IMG/VR virus record: IMGVR_UViG_3300038825_001395
Reading direction: 5' to 3' (one strand)
Origin: an uncultured virus (IMG/VR IMGVR_UViG_3300038825_001395)
Taxonomy: Duplodnaviria > Heunggongvirae > Uroviricota > Caudoviricetes
Length of the DNA: 64,000 bases
Both the position numbers and the translations under genes were made by a program. The notes under the pieces were generated by a model. The model was not told the DNA's origin. It did no database searches and saw only the letters and a program-made list of their open reading frames with translations. This document shows, piece by piece, positions 58,347 to 64,000 of this stretch. Numbering within the stretch: the first letter of the stretch is position 1; the number at the start of each line of letters is the position of its first letter.

Positions 58347-59605
58347 TTTTTGCAACTCCAATATCTAGCTTTATGTCTTGGTCCTGGAGTATCACAATTA
58401 TGTCTTGCTCTAAAGTTTCTACGAGCATCAGGATTAGACTTACGGATTCTCATAGTTTTACCTTTAGCAGAACTACCACCGTGTCCAAAATTTACCTTGA
58501 CAACATTACCTTTATCATTTTTTACATATACTTTAAACTTCTTTACATCACCTTGCATTGGCTTACCAAGTTTTACTTTTCTACCTTGATATTCTGCCTC
58601 TACTAAACCTGTCATTGTGTATCCAAATGAACCATCTTCATTCCATATGTCATATGATTCTTTTTTTACACAATTAGGATACTTTTTACCAAACATAGTT
58701 TTCATACCCTTTTGTGTATATCCTTTCCAACAGGCTTCACATAAACATTGATTTTCATTTACACCTTCTTTTTTAGATTTATTACCCCAATTCTTAGCAC
58801 CGACCTTACGGCACTTTACAAGAGCACCACTTGCGTAAGCTGATGGCCAGACATCATAACGGGCTTTTACCTTATGATAACAAGCATCTTTTTTTTCATA
58901 TATCTCTTCTGTTTGTTTAGCACATTCATCATGTTGACATAGTTTCATTACATTCTCCTGCTTCTTTCGTCCAGCACAATGTGCTTTCTGACTAAACCCC
59001 TTTGGGTTATTACAATCAATACTTTTTTTATATTTATCAGACCAACCTTCATTTCTTTGTTTGGTTTTTTTCTTCATCTTATTAATAAACTTTCTATACA
59101 CAGCAGCCTGAGATGACTTACCCATCTCTCTGGCTCTTTGTTCCATAGCAACAGCTGCCTGTATTTTATGGGCATGAGACTTACCACTACCTTTTATTTT
59201 AGATACTGACTTTTCAGCATCCTTAACAGTAGCAAACTTCAATCCCTTTATTGTACCTTTTGGATTTTCATCCGTATACAAATCTGAATGACTTGGTGAG
59301 TTTCTATGTTGACCTTTCTTACGAGGTTTTCTTGGAGCTTCACCCAAAAGAGAATATCCCAAGATAGCCATAGCTTTATCTCTTGGAGAATCCCCTCTAA
59401 ATTTTTTAACTACTTTTTTGTAATTCTTCTTTATCATATCTGTAGCATCTTTAGTAGACCTTCCATATTGTGTGAGAATTTTATGTATTGTTTTTATTTC
59501 AGACTCACTTATCTTTCCAATCATACCTAATGGTCTAGGACCACATCTCTTTCTGTATTGTGCTACTGTCTCGGTATTACTTTTATGTCCACAAGGTAAA
59601 GACAT
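58340..59605 (-). CDS. Basic Cys-rich modular polyprotein
   Basis: Modules SDLYTDENPKGT, WSDKYKKSIDCNNPKGFSQKAHC, DACYHKVKARYDVWPSAYASG, CWKGY..PNCVK and AEYQGRKV..YWSCKKW, separated by xxE linkers. Confidence 0.65.
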   Translation of the reverse strand: MSLPCGHKSNTETVAQYRKRCGPRPLGMIGKISESEIKTIHKILTQYGRSTKDATDMIKKNYKKVVKKFRGDSPRDKAMAILGYSLLGEAPRKPRKKGQHRNSPSHSDLYTDENPKGTIKGLKFATVKDAEKSVSKIKGSGKSHAHKIQAAVAMEQRAREMGKSSQAAVYRKFINKMKKKTKQRNEGWSDKYKKSIDCNNPKGFSQKAHCAGRKKQENVMKLCQHDECAKQTEEIYEKKDACYHKVKARYDVWPSAYASGALVKCRKVGAKNWGNKSKKEGVNENQCLCEACWKGYTQKGMKTMFGKKYPNCVKKESYDIWNEDGSFGYTMTGLVEAEYQGRKVKLGKPMQGDVKKFKVYVKNDKGNVVKVNFGHGGSSAKGKTMRIRKSNPDARRNFRARHNCDTPGPRHKARYWSCKKW

Positions 59606-59952
59606 TACTTCTTTGGTTTGGTATTAACTCTTATTGGTTTCTTACCACCACCCTTTAAATCCGATGTTCCACCTCTACCAGCTTTATTTTGAGCTGCTCT
59701 TTTTCTACGAGTTGCTGATTGTTTTTGTTTTTTGGTCATACCAGCAGCTTTTGATTTAGGAACACATTTAGCATAGCCTCTTGTTTTACCACTAGTTCCA
59801 CAAGGGGGATGTTTACCGGATTTATCTTTCTTACCGATGTTAACCCATTTATCAGAAAACCATTTCTTTAGATTTTCATCTACAAGGTTTCCACAATGAA
59901 TACAGGTATTTTCATCAAAAATACTTTCTACTATTTTTCTTAAATGTATCAT
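59605..59952 (-). CDS. Basic protein with MIHLRKIVE leader
   Basis: LKKWFSDKWVNIG..PPCG..KCVP..RRKR module. Confidence 0.6.
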   Translation of the reverse strand: MIHLRKIVESIFDENTCIHCGNLVDENLKKWFSDKWVNIGKKDKSGKHPPCGTSGKTRGYAKCVPKSKAAGMTKKQKQSATRRKRAAQNKAGRGGTSDLKGGGKKPIRVNTKPKK

Positions 59953-59997
59953 TACATCTATAAATATAATGTAAAAAAGAAAGGTTACTAATTAGTA

Positions 59998-61062
59998 TTA
60001 TTTTAATATTGTTACTTTAGTTTTTTTGTAATTGGATACTAAAAAGTATATGCCACTTGGAACATCAGATGTATTCCAATTGTAATTTTTATTTATAATT
60101 TTTTCTTCAACTAACCTACCATTCATATCATAAATACCAATTAACCCATTAGCTATTATATTAACATTACTATTTGATGGATTAGGATAAGCAGATAATT
60201 TTGGTATTAATTTATTGAAAGTATTTTGGTCTAATACTGATTCTAAAAATGCTATAGCTTGTTGTTGATTACCACCAATCACTATCTGAACTAATCTTAT
60301 TACATCAAGAATATTCATCACACCATCGCCATTTACATTACCAGCTTCATATCCACATTGACTATCATTGTCTCCTAATATAATATCAACTAATATTAAA
60401 ATGTCTGTTAAACTTATAATTAAATCTCCATTTACATCTCCACCAGTCCATATTAAATTATTACAAGCATCACATACATCACCAATCTCATCACCATCCG
60501 TATCTACTTGATTTGGGTTATACCCATCAATACAATTATCATTATCATCAAATATACCATCGGCATCAGTATCTAAAACTAAATTTTCTATTCCTTCATT
60601 TATAGAATTTATTATCATCGTTTGATTAAAACCGGATTCGGAAAGTAATACTTCACCATCACCACCTATGACAATATTATGCGGGATATAACCTGTTCCA
60701 AATAATCCATAGATATTACTAACATCATCTAAGATAGGATATGTTAAACCAAAGGCTGTTCCCCATTCCTCACAACTATAAGGTTGATTCCATTCACTAC
60801 CTATAGCAATCACCTCTAATACTGATTCATCATAATCTTGAAATATATCTTCTGTAAGTGGAGCCTCCACTTGACAACTTGGTCACCAACTGGTAAATAG
60901 ATTTATCCAAACAACCTTATCCCTACCATCGGTATCATAATACCAAGTGCCTTCACCATTTTGACATATAGGAGCAGAGAAGTTATTTACATAATCTCCT
61001 ACTTGATATGTTTGTCCTATTAATATTTGTAATGTAAATATCAGTAATATTATTTTATTCAT
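59998..61062 (-). CDS. Exported selenocysteine-containing redoxin (UxxC) with TSP3-like repeats, dockerin and T9SS-like C-terminal domain, 354 aa
   Basis: ATG 61062 (overlaps the upstream stop), signal peptide MNKIILLIFTLQILIG, ..VWINLFTSW-TGA(60885-60883)-PSCQVEAP.. in frame with ORF 59998-60870; DTDADG..DNC, GDVNGD..DI twice, AYPNP. Confidence 0.85.
60853..60885 (-). promoter_or_regulatory. Bacterial SECIS-like hairpin 3' of the in-frame UGA
   Basis: UGA CCAAGU UGU-C-AAGUGG-AGGCU-CCACUU-ACA; G-containing apical loop begins 16 nt after the UGA. Confidence 0.75.
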
Positions 61063-61450
61063 AAGCTCTCATTTTCTTTTTTATAACTAAAATGTAATTA
61101 TCTATTACATCTGTATTGACTTTATCCTTTTCCATCTTTTCTTTTTTAGCTACCAACTTACCATAAACTTTCTGTAAATCTAAAAGAGATAATGACCTCA
61201 TAGATTTTCTGTAATATAATTTATTGAGAGCTTCATCTTCAGCTTCTGCTCCACGAACTCCAGCAACTGTTGTTACTTTTTCTATCTCATAGTCTTTAAT
61301 AGTAACTTCTTTAATTTCTTCCCACACGGTGTTTTCCCACATGGCATCTAAATCAAGTTCTTCTGTTGTGTCTTGACTAAAACTCAAGTTTAACAGGATA
61401 CTCAGCCAAAATAAAGTTAAGACTATCGTAGGTATAATACCAAATCTCAT
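61055..61450 (-). CDS. Exported / membrane-anchored hypothetical protein
   Basis: Signal peptide ending SFS-QD; VTTVAGVRGAEAE motif; start uncertain (74 nt overlap with the pilin gene). Confidence 0.55.
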   Translation of the reverse strand: MRFGIIPTIVLTLFWLSILLNLSFSQDTTEELDLDAMWENTVWEEIKEVTIKDYEIEKVTTVAGVRGAEAEDEALNKLYYRKSMRSLSLLDLQKVYGKLVAKKEKMEKDKVNTDVIDNYILVIKKKMRAYE

Positions 61451-61796
61451 TATTCATTCTCCTATGATAAATTGCTGGATTACTTAAAATTGATGTTGAA
61501 AACTTCCATTCATTATCAAATAGAGGAAGTCCTTCTGTAAGTGTTATATGATACCCACGAGTTCTTCCAACTAAAGTTAAGGGATTATATGGATATTTTT
61601 CAACTCCATTTACTTCTAATTCATACTCAGCGTATTCTTCTAAATCTTCCCAAAGTTTGTTAATAAACTTTTTTTCTAATTGTAGTAATTCAAGTTCTAA
61701 TTTTTTTTGCATTTTAGGTAATTGAATTACAGAAAGTATTCCTATTATCACAATTACCATAACTAATTCAATCATAGTAAAGCCTTTAGAATACAT
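61377..61796 (-). CDS. Type IV pilin-like protein
   Basis: Class III signal MYSKG|FTMIELVMVIVIIGILS. Confidence 0.85.
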   Translation of the reverse strand: MYSKGFTMIELVMVIVIIGILSVIQLPKMQKKLELELLQLEKKFINKLWEDLEEYAEYELEVNGVEKYPYNPLTLVGRTRGYHITLTEGLPLFDNEWKFSTSILSNPAIYHRRMNNEIWYYTYDSLNFILAEYPVKLEF

Positions 61797-62242
61797 TAAA
61801 TTTCTCCGATTACTTCTTCTTCATAAGATGGGCTATCCTCATCCTCATCAACTATAATTATCATCCGTGTTACAAATCCCGTTTCAGATGTGTCGGATTG
61901 AACATAATAATAAAATGGATTGTTATTAGAATTCATCGGAAGATCACCACTAAACAAATCATTAACCATTCTACCATCTGATAAAACTTGAGCCTTAAAC
62001 TCTAAATCCATTTGATTGTTTTCTGGTTGTGGTGGAAAGTTAGGGTTTCCTATCATATGTCCTTCTTGCCAATACATCATAAATGTTGTTTTAACAATCT
62101 CCATATTTGTGATATTAGATTGTCTTTGTGTAGCAAGAACATTAGATTGGTAGGAGGGGATAGCGAATGACATCAATATCCCCACCAACGAAATAGAAAC
62201 AACTAACTCTGCCAATGTGAAACCATCATTGGAGTTTCTCAT
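61796..62242 (-). CDS. Type IV pilin-like protein
   Basis: MRNSNDG|FTLAELVVSISLVGILMSFAIPSY. Confidence 0.88.
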   Translation of the reverse strand: MRNSNDGFTLAELVVSISLVGILMSFAIPSYQSNVLATQRQSNITNMEIVKTTFMMYWQEGHMIGNPNFPPQPENNQMDLEFKAQVLSDGRMVNDLFSGDLPMNSNNNPFYYYVQSDTSETGFVTRMIIIVDEDEDSPSYEEEVIGEI

Positions 62243-62262
62243 TGGGTTCTCCTTTTTATTTA

Positions 62263-62703
62263 TTAAAGAGCTACCCTTTCACCGATTGAACCGATAGCAG
62301 CATTATCTCCATCTTGAACACCTTTATCATAGTCCCAAGCCCAACGAGTATTATCATTTCTCTGATGGGTAATCTGTAATGTTACTAAGTTATATGTCCA
62401 TTCTCCATCTGTATCTGCATCATCTGTATCAGTAGCATCATATCCAGCAGGAGTTTCTTCTAATCCATCAAATGGATGATCTGGCCATACCTTACGACCT
62501 TCTGAAAATAGTTGTTCCATAGCATAGTTGGATAGTCCAGCTTGTATACTAGCGATTATAGCATCTTCAGCAGCTTCTTCAGCTTTTGTTACAGTTCCAA
62601 GATATCTTGGTACAGCAACTGCTGATAAAATACCTAAAATTATTGTTACCATTATTAGTTCAATTAATGTGAACCCTTTGTTGTCTTTTATTGTGTTAAA
62701 CAT
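62263..62703 (-). CDS. Type IV pilin-like protein (major-pilin-like)
   Basis: MFNTIKDNKG|FTLIELIMVTIILGILSAVAVPRY; strong AAGGAG SD. Confidence 0.92.
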   Translation of the reverse strand: MFNTIKDNKGFTLIELIMVTIILGILSAVAVPRYLGTVTKAEEAAEDAIIASIQAGLSNYAMEQLFSEGRKVWPDHPFDGLEETPAGYDATDTDDADTDGEWTYNLVTLQITHQRNDNTRWAWDYDKGVQDGDNAAIGSIGERVAL

Positions 62704-62714
62704 TTCTGTTCTCC

Positions 62715-63350
62715 TTACGGTTGTAGTTTCTTTTTAAAGTTAGCAGGTGATTCTAAATCAGCCACATAAAGTATTGGTGAATAAGAGGATTGTCCACTTC
62801 CACCACCAGCGATTACTGTGTAAATATAGTGTCCATCCTGAAAAGGTGATTTAACAGCGTTTCCACCAAATTCATTTAGGAACTCTTCAGCTCCAACGGT
62901 TTCGCTGAAAGAACCATCATCATCTGGATCTTCAGCAGTATTGACACTAGCACCCGTTGGCATTGGATTAGCAGGATTTTGTGTTCCAAATATAGAAGCC
63001 CATTTAGATGCTTCTGCACTTTCAAATGTTTGGAATACATTAAGTCCAGCTACCACAGAACTTTCATCTTGGTATCCACCACCATCAGGAACAGATTCAT
63101 TGTATTTAACTTGACCTGGAAATCTTCCACGACCTTCACTAGTTACTTTTTCATTATAAAAGTTATTAGCAGATTTTACAATCTTATCAATATCAGCTAA
63201 TGTCTTTTTTTCTTTAGCACCCTCTCCTACGCCAGAGAACTTAGGTGCAGCAGTAGTAGCGAGTGTCGCCATCATCGCTGTTGTTACAGCGAATTCAGCG
63301 AGTGACTGACCACTTCTACCTTTTAATTTTTTTCTTAGCTTTTGAAACAT
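62715..63350 (-). CDS. Type IV pilin-like protein with an atypical G|QSLAEF site
   Basis: Basic leader MFQKLRKKLKGRSG|QSLAEFAVTTAMMATLATTAAPKF; Glu at +5 and Pro at +22 as in pilins. Confidence 0.75.
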   Translation of the reverse strand: MFQKLRKKLKGRSGQSLAEFAVTTAMMATLATTAAPKFSGVGEGAKEKKTLADIDKIVKSANNFYNEKVTSEGRGRFPGQVKYNESVPDGGGYQDESSVVAGLNVFQTFESAEASKWASIFGTQNPANPMPTGASVNTAEDPDDDGSFSETVGAEEFLNEFGGNAVKSPFQDGHYIYTVIAGGGSGQSSYSPILYVADLESPANFKKKLQP

Positions 63351-63387
63351 TTTGTTTCTCCTATGTTAGTTGTTCTACACTATATAA

Positions 63388-63422
63388 TACAAAAACTATA
63401 CCAAAGTACCTGTTTTTTACAA
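63388..63422 (-). promoter_or_regulatory. Candidate sigma54 (-24/-12) promoter overlapping a sigma70-like promoter for the pilin cluster
   Basis: TGGTATAGTTTTTGTA (GG-N10-GT) at 63403-63388; also TTGTAA-N16-TATAGT with a TGn extension. Confidence 0.5.
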
Positions 63423-63476
63423 GTTTTTTTTAATTATTTTTTTAGTATTGATATTGTTGAGGTTAGGGGTATAAAT

Positions 63477-63505
63477 AAAAAAACCCCACTATGTGTGAGG
63501 TTTTT
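63477..63505 (-). terminator. Intrinsic terminator
   Basis: Minus strand AAAAACCTCAC-ACATA-GTGGGGTTTTTTT downstream of 63548-63922. Confidence 0.7.
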
Positions 63506-63547
63506 AAAATGATACAACTGTATTTATTTGTTACAAATTATGTATCA

Positions 63548-63922
63548 TTAAAATACATCTTCTGCTAATACATCATCTATAGCACTTTTTATTTCTTTAT
63601 TACTGGCATCTATCTCACCATCCATATCACCTTTCCAAGTTTCTTTCTTAGAACCATCATAGAAAAGAGCCATAGATGGAAAGTTTCTAAATCTAAGTTT
63701 CTTTATTACTTTTGGTGCTTCTTCACTTTTAACATAAAGTATTTTACAATCTTGATATCCCTTTACACCCTTTATAAGTGATTCATCAAAATCAGCGTCT
63801 TGCCATTCTGATGTAAATATGGCTACGACTATACCACCATTAATTTTTTCTTTAAAGTTCTTATCATTTATTTGTCCGTATGACACAGACAAAAATAATA
63901 ATAAAGTAAATATAAATCTCAT
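63548..63922 (-). CDS. Exported thioredoxin-like protein lacking CxxC
   Basis: Signal peptide; INDKNFKEKI..VVAIFTSEW (Trx N-motif), then QDAD instead of CxxC; RFRNFPSMALFYDG cis-Pro loop. Confidence 0.65.
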   Translation of the reverse strand: MRFIFTLLLFLSVSYGQINDKNFKEKINGGIVVAIFTSEWQDADFDESLIKGVKGYQDCKILYVKSEEAPKVIKKLRFRNFPSMALFYDGSKKETWKGDMDGEIDASNKEIKSAIDDVLAEDVF

Positions 63923-63931
63923 AAGTAACTC

Positions 63932-64000
63932 CTATTTGTCTTTCTTCCTTCGTTCTAGGTCTTTAATATCCGATCTTAATTCTTTTATAAGTTCTTCATA
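63932..64000 (-). CDS. 3' end of a coiled-coil protein (runs off the window edge)
   Basis: ..YEELIKELRSDIKDLERRKKDK* with TAG 63934-63932. Confidence 0.45.
   Translation of the reverse strand, partial: YEELIKELRSDIKDLERRKKDK

Larger units (their letters stand above)
3029..59967. promoter_or_regulatory. Recurrent putative late-promoter motif ATA(T/C)TTAT on the coding strand (13 sites)
   Basis: Minus-strand copies at 3029, 4547, 6831, 10073, 10773, 13651, 16066, 21877, 28830, 38561, 51284 and 59960; plus-strand copy at 51313 before the only plus-strand gene. Confidence 0.7.

Noticed and set aside
59998..61062. Pseudogene interpretation of the redoxin
   Set aside because: The single stop is TGA exactly at the catalytic Cys position with a SECIS-like hairpin, and both flanks are otherwise intact
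1264..62979. Numerous 60-135 aa plus-strand ORFs and nested minus-strand ORFs in the track
   Set aside because: They lie within or mostly overlap well-supported minus-strand genes, and I saw no recognisable motifs
59950..64000. Prophage-host junction
   Set aside because: No integrase, att-like repeat, tRNA, strand switch or obvious composition change; not fully excluded without read data
1..64000. tRNA/rRNA genes, introns, inteins
   Set aside because: No cloverleaf or rRNA-like segment was seen in the short intergenic spaces; terminase, portal and primase are uninterrupted and of normal length

Overview
The window is a 64 kb, AT-rich fragment of a large T4-like contractile-tailed phage. Almost every gene is on the minus strand, and there are two scaffold gaps (N at 76-87 and 35239-35248). 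It holds a near-complete morphogenesis cluster (tape measure, tail chaperone, tube, sheath, neck, major capsid, scaffold, prohead protease, portal, terminase), a holin, a GH108 endolysin and about 22 kb of modular tail-fibre genes. It also carries a fused SbcCD/gp46-47 nuclease-ATPase, a primase and a RuvC-like resolvase. The most unusual content is: (1) an exported thioredoxin-fold protein with an in-frame UGA at the catalytic U-x-x-C position, followed by a bacterial SECIS-like hairpin (candidate phage selenoprotein, truncated in the ORF track); (2) four tandem type IV pilin-like genes behind a sigma54-like promoter in the same gene run; (3) an actin-like ATPase next to ribosomal protein bS21, with two paralogous candidate adaptors, one membrane-anchored and one in the neck cluster; (4) about ten genes sharing an N-terminal MIKLKDxLxE peptide resembling a capsid-targeting signal, including a kinase, a HAD phosphatase, a metallopeptidase and an HD/nucleotidyltransferase/ligase-like polyprotein; (5) a +1/-2 frameshift tail chaperone, a recurrent ATA(T/C)TTAT promoter-like motif, a structured RNA ahead of a fibre gene, and DNA-level repeats in the fibres. 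All calls come from motif reading by eye; no database searches or folding programs were run.
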